DNA of 64,000 bases from a virus (IMGVR_UViG_3300028048_000083:59364-123363), one strand, 5' to 3'. Positions 27,841-37,315 are shown, counted from the first letter of the stretch. Made by a program: numbers and translations. Notes: generated by a model from the sequence alone, not told the origin.

Positions 27841-28460
27841 TGCCCGTCTTTTTTAACAACTTCAAAACTATAAGCATACATGTAAGGATTCTCATCCCAG
27901 AAATATTTTCCATTAAGCTTTTTAATAAGACTTTCAAACGCTTCTTTGGCAGTTGGAAACCATTGCCTACTGGTGCATTTTGGCGTATGTATATCAAACG
28001 CATATTTCGGACGACCGTTTTCCTCCTGCACTTTATCAATGAAAATACCCTCTCTCATACAGTCTTCCTCACTAATATCCTGTAAACGCTCAATCTTTAC
28101 ATTAGTTATTTTAATAAAATATTGCATATATTGCCCCTGAACAAACATTTTATTTGACCAGCCAGGTAAAGTACTGACAGGAAAATAACCTTTTTGCTTT
28201 TTACCATCAATAACTTTTGTTGTGTATATCAGGTCTTGTGGTTCTAAACCAACAATATCTTTATAAGGCTGGGCTATACCAACAACATCATCTACATGGT
28301 ATTTAGGCTTAACGAATTCACCAGTCCAGCACAAGTCTTGATTCTCATCTTCACAAAAGATTTTCTTGGCAAGTCTTCTGGTCATTGTCTTGGTTCCGTT
28401 AAGAACAGCCTGTTCAAGACCATATTTGTCATTAAACATCATTTTCTTAATATCAGCCAT
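27837..28460 (-). CDS. ASCH-domain-like protein, tentative
   Basis: N-terminal MMFNDKYGLEQAVLNGTKTMTRRLAKK resembles the start of ASCH/PUA-like domains. Confidence 0.35.
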   Translation of the reverse strand: MADIKKMMFNDKYGLEQAVLNGTKTMTRRLAKKIFCEDENQDLCWTGEFVKPKYHVDDVVGIAQPYKDIVGLEPQDLIYTTKVIDGKKQKGYFPVSTLPGWSNKMFVQGQYMQYFIKITNVKIERLQDISEEDCMREGIFIDKVQEENGRPKYAFDIHTPKCTSRQWFPTAKEAFESLIKKLNGKYFWDENPYMYAYSFEVVKKDGQ

Positions 28461-29373
28461 TGTTCTTGTGTTTTAAGATATTATTTTTAATATTGAACCA
28501 CGCATGATTCATCATATAAGGTATGTTTTTGTCATTGCAGCCATATAAACCACATGAGTAAAAATCATGGCACTCAAGCACCCATGTTCCGTTTTTGGTA
28601 ACAGCAACATCAAGGGTATAAGCCTCTGGTGCCTCAGTGTACTGGTCAATGAATTGATAGATTCTCTCAGTCTTAGGAAATGCAAATGGGTCACCAGAAT
28701 AATTCTTTACATCAATACCCTTTCCCTTATACACAAATACACGCCATTCTGACTCAATATCTTCCAACATTGTTGATACCTGGCAATTGGTAAATGCTTC
28801 GAATGACCTATGGTGGAAAATCTTATGCACTTGGTAACCATTATGCATTCTGGCTTCCAAAGTCATGTCTTTATTATATAAATCAGGAATCACATCATAG
28901 AAACCGTTGCGTTCATCTTTAATAGTATCAAGTGACTTAACAAAGAAACGATTAGAGTTTTTATCATTCAACGGTAAATGCATGTTTACATAGCCAAAGT
29001 AATTGTAAACATCTTCACCAGACATAAGATTACGACATATTCTACCTGAATACATTTCAGGCATCAATTGTTCAGGCACGTTAATAGGTTTCGGAAAGTA
29101 ATCAGTACCAAACACCTGCTTAGCAAATTCCTTTACAAATTCAACACTACCGACTGGAGTGATGTCTGTAACATCTGATGCATCTTCATTTTCAAATGAC
29201 TTATGTGTATCAACAAATCTTTTAATGTTTTCCAATAAACAAAAGTCAATATCCATTGTCGACTGTTGTGAACCGCCATATAGCCAACTGTAATATTCAA
29301 TGAGTTCAATCAAAGTTTTTGAAAAATCATGAATAACTCGTCCATGATTGTCTATTTGTATCAAAAATTTCAT
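28453..29373 (-). CDS. ATP-grasp domain protein
   Basis: RFFVKSLDT..., EWRVFVYKGKGIDV... and YTLDVAVTKNGTWVLECHDFYSCGLYG resemble the ATP-grasp K/E/N motif order. Confidence 0.45.
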   Translation of the reverse strand: MKFLIQIDNHGRVIHDFSKTLIELIEYYSWLYGGSQQSTMDIDFCLLENIKRFVDTHKSFENEDASDVTDITPVGSVEFVKEFAKQVFGTDYFPKPINVPEQLMPEMYSGRICRNLMSGEDVYNYFGYVNMHLPLNDKNSNRFFVKSLDTIKDERNGFYDVIPDLYNKDMTLEARMHNGYQVHKIFHHRSFEAFTNCQVSTMLEDIESEWRVFVYKGKGIDVKNYSGDPFAFPKTERIYQFIDQYTEAPEAYTLDVAVTKNGTWVLECHDFYSCGLYGCNDKNIPYMMNHAWFNIKNNILKHKNNG

Positions 29374-29395
29374 TATATTTTACAATATTGTGTTA

Positions 29396-29644
29396 TTAAA
29401 ATTCTTCTAATTTAATATAATAAACATATTTTTTGTCTGGGCGTTGATTTGGATGACAAGGGAATGCTCCAGCACTGGAAACGCATTTCCTGCAAATATC
29501 CCACCATATACATTTGGTACACTCTTCCTCACCACCTGTTCCTTCAACACATTTAACTTTCATTTTAGGCACATTGTCTTCAGTCAACAGAAACACCTCG
29601 TTAATACTTGGGCATGTCCATTCAGTTTTAATATCATATGTCAT
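29396..29644 (-). CDS. hypothetical Cys-rich small protein
   Basis: 82 aa with multiple Cys. Confidence 0.4.
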   Translation of the reverse strand: MTYDIKTEWTCPSINEVFLLTEDNVPKMKVKCVEGTGGEEECTKCIWWDICRKCVSSAGAFPCHPNQRPDKKYVYYIKLEEF

Positions 29645-29816
29645 ATTCAGGATTCCTTTCCAGATATATTTTTAACTTTTTGTCAAGTTCAGCATTAACT
29701 CCATAAGTATACCAAAGTGTTTCACTTAATTCATTAAAAGTTTTACAATGATATTTCTTCAAATAGTTATTGAGTTCGTCAAAATTACTAATTAACACAT
29801 TTCCGTCACTGTACAT
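29634..29816 (-). CDS. hypothetical small protein
   Basis: 60-aa ORF. Confidence 0.3.
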   Translation of the reverse strand: MYSDGNVLISNFDELNNYLKKYHCKTFNELSETLWYTYGVNAELDKKLKIYLERNPEYDI

Positions 29817-29817
29817 A

Positions 29818-30210
29818 TTAATTTAAATTAATTGAATAACCAACAATTGTCAATTTTTCATTTTGTTTGTCATAATAACCCTGAGGCTCTATACTAAAGT
29901 GTTTGTTTTCCATTTCTTGGGTATTTATAGCTTCAGTCAAAATTCTACCTTTCGGTATTTCCGTATGTATAGTGCAATCAGCGGTGAATGAATCATCTTC
30001 TTTACGTTCTATATGGTCAAGTGTACCGACTGCATCTTCCAACAGGAATGGATTAATATCAGTGCCTCTGTCCATATGTACCAATTTAGTCTCTGTATTA
30101 GACATATATTCCTTTATAGCCTTATCCAGCACTTCTGGGGATATTATGGTACCATTTCCGTTAATACAGGGTTCAGATACCTTACAAGTTAGTTTAATTT
30201 TATCTTCCAT
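29818..30210 (-). CDS. hypothetical protein
   Basis: 130-aa ORF. Confidence 0.4.
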   Translation of the reverse strand: MEDKIKLTCKVSEPCINGNGTIISPEVLDKAIKEYMSNTETKLVHMDRGTDINPFLLEDAVGTLDHIERKEDDSFTADCTIHTEIPKGRILTEAINTQEMENKHFSIEPQGYYDKQNEKLTIVGYSINLN

Positions 30211-30212
30211 AT

Positions 30213-31160
30213 TTATTGTTCAAAAGTCTTTATATATACTTCCTTGATTGCCATACACCCTTCATCGTTTAGTTTACGGGTTCCGATTCCAGCAAAGTTC
30301 TTTGTTAAAACAGGGGTATCGCTTCTCTCCCATTTTCCGTCGCTGTATCTGCCCCAAACACATTTATCCTGGTCATAGAAATTGACAATTTTTCCTGCGT
30401 CAATAGCCATCTGGACAGCCCATCCAGTCCCGCCGTCAACAACTTTGTTCTTAAAACAGCCAATAGCAAAAACTTCATCTGAATTTTTTACTTGCATCCA
30501 GTTTCTGGCTAAAAGGTTCATGTATTTGTAAGGCTGCCTGTGGAGCGTCTCATTTGCCTTTAGAACGTGTTTCTTGCCTTCCTCGAACTCTTCCTCACTA
30601 ATCTCGTGATTGCCGTTCTCCGTGCGTTTTCCGTGCCAATAATGCTCTGAAACCACACCGTATTGACCACCGATTTCGCCCCACACGGTATCACTGCCGA
30701 CAGCGCCGCCAGAATGGTTGACATATGTACCTTCATAATTGAGCATCTGACAGAAAATCTCATGCCATTCCTCGGAGAAACAGATATTGTTGGGTACAGG
30801 GTATGCAGTGAACATTTCAACCATTTCACCCCCAGTGTAACCGTTAAGTGTCTTCTCGTTTATCTTGTTCCGATAGGCGACTTTAAACAGCTTGTCTGGC
30901 ATTGACCTGGCTACCTTGTACAGGGTCTGTATATTGGAGATAATGTCTTTTTCGGATATGGTTCTGTACCCCTTGATTCTGAGGTCTTTTGTTGCCAATG
31001 CATATGAATTCCCCTGAAGACCTTCCCCTATTCCGTAAACAGCCCCGAACTTTTCTTTGGCTACTTTAGCTGAGCCAGCGCCATGTCTGCCCTCTGGATT
31101 GCTGCCGAAGACAAATATGGTGTTATTGTTCGGTTCGATTTCACCTTGATAAAATTTCAT
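30213..31160 (-). CDS. SLOG/DprA-LOG-like Rossmann-fold protein, tentative
   Basis: N-terminal IFVFGSNPEGRHGAGSAKVA and internal NHSGGAVGSDTVWG resemble the glycine-rich and GGAxGxD motifs of SLOG (DprA/LOG/YpsA) nucleotide-processing domains. Confidence 0.3.
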   Translation of the reverse strand: MKFYQGEIEPNNNTIFVFGSNPEGRHGAGSAKVAKEKFGAVYGIGEGLQGNSYALATKDLRIKGYRTISEKDIISNIQTLYKVARSMPDKLFKVAYRNKINEKTLNGYTGGEMVEMFTAYPVPNNICFSEEWHEIFCQMLNYEGTYVNHSGGAVGSDTVWGEIGGQYGVVSEHYWHGKRTENGNHEISEEEFEEGKKHVLKANETLHRQPYKYMNLLARNWMQVKNSDEVFAIGCFKNKVVDGGTGWAVQMAIDAGKIVNFYDQDKCVWGRYSDGKWERSDTPVLTKNFAGIGTRKLNDEGCMAIKEVYIKTFEQ

Positions 31161-31172
31161 ATTCTATTGTTC

Positions 31173-31388
31173 TTAGATTATATAACCAATCAACAAGCCA
31201 CAGAGGATACAACCCAATCCCATCGAAACCAGCAATATGGTTATGTTGGTGTAGAGCGTCGGGGATATGCATTTCTTGGTTGAACGTTCATATTCCGATA
31301 TAATCGCCGATATTTTAGCCCGAATGATTGTTGCAATTATGAAGCACACAAGTGACAACAGGGTTATTATAAAATTAACCATAATCAA
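31173..31388 (-). CDS. small membrane protein
   Basis: 71 aa with two hydrophobic helices. Confidence 0.35.
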   Translation of the reverse strand: MIMVNFIITLLSLVCFIIATIIRAKISAIISEYERSTKKCISPTLYTNITILLVSMGLGCILCGLLIGYII

Positions 31389-31826
31389 TCAGTTTTTAGG
31401 GTTATTAATTTCGTTTAGAATTTTCTTCACATTAGTTTTAAGGTCTGCTGTTCTGTCTTTGTATTCATTCACAAGCCGCTCCAGGTCTTCTGTTCCGATT
31501 TCATTTTTGACAATCGCGCTTTTATATTGTGTTGCCAACAGAAAAGCCATAATTCCATTAGGCAATGGGTTGAAAATGTTGTCCCAACAATCCTGTGAGT
31601 TGTATTTGCACCCATCAAGAGATTCATTCATGCAACCTTTACACTTGTCGTCAAACTTGGATTTCATCCATGGTTCCAGTTTGCTGACATCCACCGACAA
31701 CCTGGACGGGTCTTTCGGAAAATCCTCCAGATATTCGTTTTTGTCTAGATAATATCCGTTGAACAGTTTACGGATACGCCTTTTACAGTTTCTTAAACTA
31801 GTGAAAAAATCCATAATAAATATCAA
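31389..31826 (-). CDS. hypothetical protein
   Basis: 145-aa ORF. Confidence 0.45.
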   Translation of the reverse strand: MIFIMDFFTSLRNCKRRIRKLFNGYYLDKNEYLEDFPKDPSRLSVDVSKLEPWMKSKFDDKCKGCMNESLDGCKYNSQDCWDNIFNPLPNGIMAFLLATQYKSAIVKNEIGTEDLERLVNEYKDRTADLKTNVKKILNEINNPKN

Positions 31827-31858
31827 TTGTGTTTTAAATACAGGCTTTCATATACATT

Positions 31859-32194
31859 TTAGACTATTTTTATCTGTTTTTTGGTAACATCTGGTTTTGG
31901 GTGTGGCACTTCATCAAATTTCAGTTCATCCAAAGCATCATATATCTTTTTGATATTTGAAATTGATTGCCTATTTGTGCACCAAAGGGTTTCAGTTATT
32001 GAGTCACTGCCACTAACTTTATATCTGATATGCAATTCTCCAATCAAAAGGTTTCCAACCCTTACACTTGGGTCAAAGAACACATTTGCTATTTCTGGCG
32101 TTATTTCAACCAATTCCTGGGCATCATAAGTCTTTAAATCATCGCCATCATATAATTTAATTATCGTGTCTAACAGTATGTACTTTGATTTCAT
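31859..32194 (-). CDS. hypothetical protein
   Basis: 111-aa ORF. Confidence 0.4.
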   Translation of the reverse strand: MKSKYILLDTIIKLYDGDDLKTYDAQELVEITPEIANVFFDPSVRVGNLLIGELHIRYKVSGSDSITETLWCTNRQSISNIKKIYDALDELKFDEVPHPKPDVTKKQIKIV

Positions 32195-32634
32195 AGTTCA
32201 CGTTTTGATTGTCTGTCAATATCCCTCTCTTTAATATCCCTGCGCTTGTCGTATGTTTTTTTGCCACTGGCAATAGCAACCACCACTTTGCACAAGTTTC
32301 TCTCATTGATGAAAAGCTTATATGGCACAACAGTCATTCCCTTGATTTTAACCTGCTCATATATTTTCTTCAATTCACTTTTGTTCAAGAGCAGTTTCCT
32401 GTCCCTGTTGTAATCCTTGGCTGTATACGTGTCGTGTTCACGTTTTGGAGTCACAACCGAATTTTTAAGAAACAGTTCATTTCCAACAAAATGACAATAA
32501 GATTCAGAAATGTTGACACGTCCATCTCTGATTGCGCTGATTTCCGCGCCATTCAACACAATGCCAGCAACATATGTGTCCTTGAACTCATAGTTGAAAC
32601 TTGCCTTTTTGTTTGTAATTTCAAATCTTTTCAT
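32191..32634 (-). CDS. smpB: SsrA-binding protein SmpB homolog
   Basis: NKKASFNYEFKDTYVAGIVLNGAEISAIRDGRVNISESY...NRDRKLLLNKSELKKI...KGMTVVPYKLFINERNLCKVVVAIASGKKTYDKRRDIKERD matches the SmpB family end to end. Confidence 0.85.
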   Translation of the reverse strand: MKRFEITNKKASFNYEFKDTYVAGIVLNGAEISAIRDGRVNISESYCHFVGNELFLKNSVVTPKREHDTYTAKDYNRDRKLLLNKSELKKIYEQVKIKGMTVVPYKLFINERNLCKVVVAIASGKKTYDKRRDIKERDIDRQSKREL

Positions 32635-33037
32635 CTTTTATCTGATATGTCTTTAACCACACCGAAACCGTCTTTCACGCAATTAATCACTAACTGTGCT
32701 GCGGCATATATTGGATATTCACTGTAGCATACATATGGAGTACTGTCAGGGGCTTCCTGGTATTGGGCAAAATAAAACGGCGCATCTTTCCAGAAAATCA
32801 ACCCCTTGTATTCAGGGTGCCATTCGATTAGTTTATACTGTAGTTCCGATAGTGTATATGTAGGTGTAAACGGATAATTCATTTGCTCAGCCAACGACTT
32901 GTCTTCAGAGACATATTCTGTTCCGTCGATATCGATTATCCAGTATTTGTTGTCACCCATGGGAACACCGCTATCAACGAATTTCTGCATCCATTTCTTA
33001 TTCAGGAAATCTTGTTCTATTTTATCCGATAATCTTA
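32631..33037 (-). CDS. hypothetical protein
   Basis: Trimmed to the internal Met (MLRLSDK...). A class-B motif lies upstream at 33064-33092. Confidence 0.4.
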
Positions 33038-33098
33038 ACATAACACAGCTTATTATATTACAATAACCGAAATTGTGCAACTTTTTCCACGATTCCTG

Positions 33099-33548
33099 TT
33101 AATTGATAAACATAGGTTCAGGCACAAAACCAGGAGATTTTGAACCGTCATCGTATTCCAATAGCTCACAGCCAATAATCCTGAATAGAATTCTATTCAA
33201 AGTTTCCTCGGTACAATCTCCATCACCAAGGTCTTTTCCGCGAGTCCAATCTTCCAATGGTTTAAAATATCTATTTGAACATTCCCCGCAAATCCAGTTA
33301 TTTTTAACTGTAATAAAATATTCGTGCTTTTCGGTAAATAGTATTAGTTTATACCTTTTATCCTCTCTAGTTGATTTAAGGATAGCAACCCTTGAATTCC
33401 TATCTCCATTGAACATACAACAAATTTGTTCAAAAGGTGTTTTGAAAATTGGGAAATCGGTAATGAATTCATCAACCGTTCCTTCTCTCCACCCTTCCTT
33501 GTAGGTGTCAATTATCCAACCCGAATCAATTCTTTCTTGTATTGTCAT
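33099..33548 (-). CDS. hypothetical protein
   Basis: 149-aa ORF. Confidence 0.45.
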   Translation of the reverse strand: MTIQERIDSGWIIDTYKEGWREGTVDEFITDFPIFKTPFEQICCMFNGDRNSRVAILKSTREDKRYKLILFTEKHEYFITVKNNWICGECSNRYFKPLEDWTRGKDLGDGDCTEETLNRILFRIIGCELLEYDDGSKSPGFVPEPMFIN

Positions 33549-33549
33549 G

Positions 33550-34014
33550 TTATATTACTTTTAATTTATGTCTATATTCACTAATTATTTCATTCAATAT
33601 AATGGAGTCGGAAGCGTAATAACAGTCATTTTCCACATATTCGCTACCTTTAGGTATAGTACATTTTACTGCCACAAGCCTCATATAAGAACGAGAGGCA
33701 TATTCATATAGTTGCCATAAGGCTGTTTCTTCATTTTTATATGAATGAAACGCTTCATGTACCTCATAGAAATAACACCTATGCATAGCATCATATCCAA
33801 CACTAAAACCAAGACCTAACTCTGGTTTACGTTGATATGTTCTGCCAATAACATATTCGAAATTCTGATATAGTGATTTCAACACTTCGTTATTATCTTC
33901 TGCGATTGTATATGTATAACTTTTTAGTATTTTATAACAAGTTATATCTTTTTCCGCAATTTTAATAGCCTTTTCTGGCATTTGGTGTGGTTCTAATATT
34001 AAGCACATAATCAA
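33550..34014 (-). CDS. hypothetical protein
   Basis: 154-aa ORF. Confidence 0.45.
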   Translation of the reverse strand: MIMCLILEPHQMPEKAIKIAEKDITCYKILKSYTYTIAEDNNEVLKSLYQNFEYVIGRTYQRKPELGLGFSVGYDAMHRCYFYEVHEAFHSYKNEETALWQLYEYASRSYMRLVAVKCTIPKGSEYVENDCYYASDSIILNEIISEYRHKLKVI

Positions 34015-34326
34015 TTATCAAAATTTATGGTTTTCAAAATGACGCCCCAAAACACAGGGTTGGCATTACCGTCAGTCGGCTGGGTCAAAAGTTCATGCTG
34101 GAGGTTTTTCAAAAACTCGTATTGTTCTTGTGTTACTTCTATTTTCATAATAATCAACGCAAGGAAACCACGAAATCTTCAGTTTCGTGGAGGAATTGCG
34201 GTGCTTCCTTTTTAATTCTTATTTCTAATATACAACTTTTTTTAAAAAATCTTCAAATTTTTAGTCACTTTTCAATTCTACTGACTATTTATATATGTAC
34301 TTTCCTTTAAGGAAACCAATTTCGAT

Positions 34327-35496
34327 ATGAGTATAAGGACTTATAACATACAACTCTCAGGCGAACAGTCGTTCGTGAACCATTGGTTCAATCTCTTGTC
34401 AACGACAAGAGATGCATATAACCGTTGTTCACAACTGATTGTTGAGAACGATATTCCTCTCAGTTTGAAAGTGGTTCATAACCAGTGTTATAATATCCTT
34501 CGCTCAGAATACCCATCACTACCGTCACAGACGGTGATACGCGTTCAACGAGAGGTGCTGGCTGCATTCAAGTCCAAGAAATCCAACAAGCACAAGGGTT
34601 CTGCTCCACAGAAACATAATTTGTCAATGACGTTGGACAAACGCATGTACTCTAACTTCACTCGTGACGGCATATCCCTTGTGAGTGAGGTCAGCAACAA
34701 GCGTAAACGCTTGTCCTTCACACCATATCCTAAGATTGCGGAGATGTTTGCCACATCTGTGGCAAAAGACCCTACCATCTTCTGGAGGAATGACGGACTG
34801 TGGCTGTCAATACCGTTTGAATTTAACGGATGTATGCCTGAAAGCATATATGCCATAGGTGTGGACCTTGGCATGAAGAGGTTCTTCGTAACATCGGAAG
34901 GCAAGGCTTTCACTGACAAGGAGTATCTTGGACGTAGGCGAAAGATAAGGCATCTTAAGAAGAAACTACAGTCCAAGGGAACGAGGAGTGCCAAGAAGCG
35001 CCTCAAGAAGGTTTCAAGGAAAGAACATAACATGTCAAAGAACTATTGTCATCAGGCGTGCAACGCCCTCATAAGGTCGACAAAGGCAAGCTTTGTCGTG
35101 ATGGAGGATTTGGCAAAGATAAAGAAGAACACAAGCCGAAGCAAGGAAGGGCACAAGAGGAAGAGACACAACAACGCCATATCACAGGTGCCGTTCCATA
35201 TGTTTAAGCAGATATTGACGTACAAGGCAACGCTTGCTGGAAAGCAGGTGGTATCGGTTTCGCCATTCAATACAAGTCAGTGTGACAGCAGGACAGGTCT
35301 CAAGGAAGGAAAACGACAGGGCTGTCGTTTCTATACCGAAGACGGATACCTGTTGGATGCCGACTGGAACGCAGCAGTCAATATAGCTCAGAAGAGCAAA
35401 CACCCACTCTCAAAATCAGTGTTGCCGTTGCACGGCAAACTTGAGTTCCTGAGTGGCAGGGCATCGTCAACTGCCCAATCGTATCAAGACCTTTAA
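34327..35496 (+). CDS. tnpB: TnpB (IS605/IS1341-family OrfB; RNA-guided nuclease family)
   Basis: RuvC-I-like IGVDLGMKRFF, RuvC-II-like VVMEDL, C-terminal zinc-finger region NTSQCDSRTG...GCRFYT, and RuvC-III DADWNAAVNIAQK. No IS200-type tnpA is adjacent. Confidence 0.85.
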   Translation: MSIRTYNIQLSGEQSFVNHWFNLLSTTRDAYNRCSQLIVENDIPLSLKVVHNQCYNILRSEYPSLPSQTVIRVQREVLAAFKSKKSNKHKGSAPQKHNLSMTLDKRMYSNFTRDGISLVSEVSNKRKRLSFTPYPKIAEMFATSVAKDPTIFWRNDGLWLSIPFEFNGCMPESIYAIGVDLGMKRFFVTSEGKAFTDKEYLGRRRKIRHLKKKLQSKGTRSAKKRLKKVSRKEHNMSKNYCHQACNALIRSTKASFVVMEDLAKIKKNTSRSKEGHKRKRHNNAISQVPFHMFKQILTYKATLAGKQVVSVSPFNTSQCDSRTGLKEGKRQGCRFYTEDGYLLDADWNAAVNIAQKSKHPLSKSVLPLHGKLEFLSGRASSTAQSYQDL

Positions 35497-35580
35497 GTCT
35501 TAGGTACAAGCCCACAAATCTTTAGTTTGTGGGTAGTTGACAATTCTATCTTAGTTCTATCTTAGTTCTATGTTCACTTT
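35497..35580 (+). mobile_element. Putative right end / omega-RNA scaffold region of the tnpB element
   Basis: Directly after the stop codon: hairpin GCCCACAAATCTTTAGTTTGTGGGT followed by tandem TCTATCTTAGT x2 (+ partial). The exact element boundary is not determinable by eye. Confidence 0.3.
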
Positions 35581-35791
35581 TTTTAAGCATTATAACACAA
35601 CAATCGTAGTTCGTGTTATATAAAAGTGTTCTGTCTGTAACTTTATACATCTGTTTATCAATGCATATATTTTCATTGACATTTGGAACCACGTCACTTG
35701 TGGTTACAAGAACTTGTTCAATGTCATTCGAATCATCGCATTGGCAATAGAAATGAAGCCTCATATTATGAATATACAAAAAAATAACCAA
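35546..35791 (-). CDS. hypothetical protein
   Basis: 81-aa ORF. Confidence 0.35.
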   Translation of the reverse strand: MVIFLYIHNMRLHFYCQCDDSNDIEQVLVTTSDVVPNVNENICIDKQMYKVTDRTLLYNTNYDCCVIMLKKSEHRTKIELR

Positions 35792-35797
35792 AATGCA

Positions 35798-36127
35798 TTA
35801 ATAAAACCAATAACAATTAATATGGTCTTCAATTGCTGGGGAACTGTCAATATGTGACCGTTCATACCTTGACATGAACTGTTGAATTTCACGAAGGTTT
35901 TTCTTGTCCAAGGTTATGAATTTCAGGTAGCACGAATGCGGACCACTATCAACTTTAATGACAGCCCAAGAATCTGACATCAAATGGTGGTCGACACAGA
36001 CATCGCCATACTTATGGAATATGACGTCAAGATGCCGTGCAACCGCTTTTTTTATCCTTGAATCAATGAAAGCCTTTAATCTTGTATATGGGTTTATTTT
36101 GGATAAAAAACATTTAATTTTCTTCAT
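35798..36127 (-). CDS. hypothetical protein
   Basis: 109-aa ORF. Confidence 0.4.
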   Translation of the reverse strand: MKKIKCFLSKINPYTRLKAFIDSRIKKAVARHLDVIFHKYGDVCVDHHLMSDSWAVIKVDSGPHSCYLKFITLDKKNLREIQQFMSRYERSHIDSSPAIEDHINCYWFY

Positions 36128-36241
36128 ATGTCATATACATTTAGTTCCATTGGTTGTCATTTTTTTCTTTGTACTTGAAATAGCCGTACATTAATGCGGC
36201 GCCGATAATCATTCCTACAATCATAATCATGTGTTTTTAAG

Positions 36242-36553
36242 TTATTTATCAAATTTAATTGAAAGATTCAATTTGTCTTCTGTTTCAACTGCGGTCAAGG
36301 ATTTGTTCCATATAAGGATGGTGTCACCAACAATTTCAGTATGAGTGACTATTTTCCATACATGGTTTAAGGATACCTTGTTTTTTGATGAAGTTTCCTT
36401 TTCAACCTTATGAATCGGAACCATCCCGTTTTCCTGGACAATCATGCAGTTTGTATCAATAGGTATGTCCACTGGGCTTGCTATTGTGACTACATAACCG
36501 TTACCAATAACACATTGGCGGTTTGTTACTTGATATTCATTAAACGGACTCAT
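36242..36553 (-). CDS. hypothetical protein
   Basis: 103-aa ORF. Confidence 0.4.
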   Translation of the reverse strand: MSPFNEYQVTNRQCVIGNGYVVTIASPVDIPIDTNCMIVQENGMVPIHKVEKETSSKNKVSLNHVWKIVTHTEIVGDTILIWNKSLTAVETEDKLNLSIKFDK

Positions 36554-36561
36554 TATCAGTT

Positions 36562-36954
36562 TTATTTACCGTAATAAAACCATTGAGGTGTTACCACCAC
36601 AGCGACATAGGCATCATCGCATCCCTTAATACAGTCGCCAAAAACATCACTTTGAAACCTAAATCCTCTGTCATACGTGCCGTCACCGTCGTAAGGGCGT
36701 TCCCCGATATCAGCCTTTTTAAGCCACCCCCACACAAAATCGGTTATCTCTTTTTTATCCATTGTGTAGGGAAACCATGATACTTCATCTGAAGTTTGTT
36801 TACTGTCATTCCAGTAAATAAACATCCTTAGACCATATTCTTCGTCTTTAATTACCCTGTATCCGTAATACTTGGTATGGTTTTCATCAGCCAAATCAAA
36901 GCATTTGACTAAATTGTCCTTTCCGTTGAGATAGATACTCATTTTACCGTTCAT
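36562..36954 (-). CDS. hypothetical protein
   Basis: 130-aa ORF. Confidence 0.45.
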   Translation of the reverse strand: MNGKMSIYLNGKDNLVKCFDLADENHTKYYGYRVIKDEEYGLRMFIYWNDSKQTSDEVSWFPYTMDKKEITDFVWGWLKKADIGERPYDGDGTYDRGFRFQSDVFGDCIKGCDDAYVAVVVTPQWFYYGK

Positions 36955-36962
36955 AATCCATA

Positions 36963-37310
36963 TTATATTTTAAGTGATTGGTGCTTGATGAAATTGTCAA
37001 CGCTTAAATAAACAGCGTTGTTGTTGATAACCAAATCGTTCCCACACCAAGTGTACTGCCCTAAAATGTTCATAAGGTCATGAAGCTGGAATTCAGTAAG
37101 GGTGACTGGTTCTTCAATTCCGTTAATCAAATATTTCTCTGTCCTGTTTCGGTAAAAGGCAACTGAATCGGACACATGTTTTTCAACATCCCACACCTGG
37201 TCTACCTTCTCAAACAGATTCCTGTAATGTGTTTCAATACAATCCCACCCGTATTGGGTCAGTTCAACCCATACTGAGTCGTTCAGATTCATTTTTATTT
37301 CAAGAGACAT
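36963..37310 (-). CDS. hypothetical protein
   Basis: 115-aa ORF. Confidence 0.4.
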   Translation of the reverse strand: MSLEIKMNLNDSVWVELTQYGWDCIETHYRNLFEKVDQVWDVEKHVSDSVAFYRNRTEKYLINGIEEPVTLTEFQLHDLMNILGQYTWCGNDLVINNNAVYLSVDNFIKHQSLKI

Positions 37311-37315
37311 AGCTT

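Noticed and set aside
34327-35496. Adjacent IS200-type TnpA (Y1 transposase) that would make this a complete IS605 element
   Set aside because: No ORF with the HuH/Y1 signature lies within 1 kb on either side. The neighbours are ordinary small phage ORFs.
35543-35575. TCTATCTTAGT tandem repeats as a CRISPR array
   Set aside because: There are only about 2.3 directly abutting copies, with no spacers. They lie at the TnpB right end and are better explained as IS end or omega-RNA sequence.
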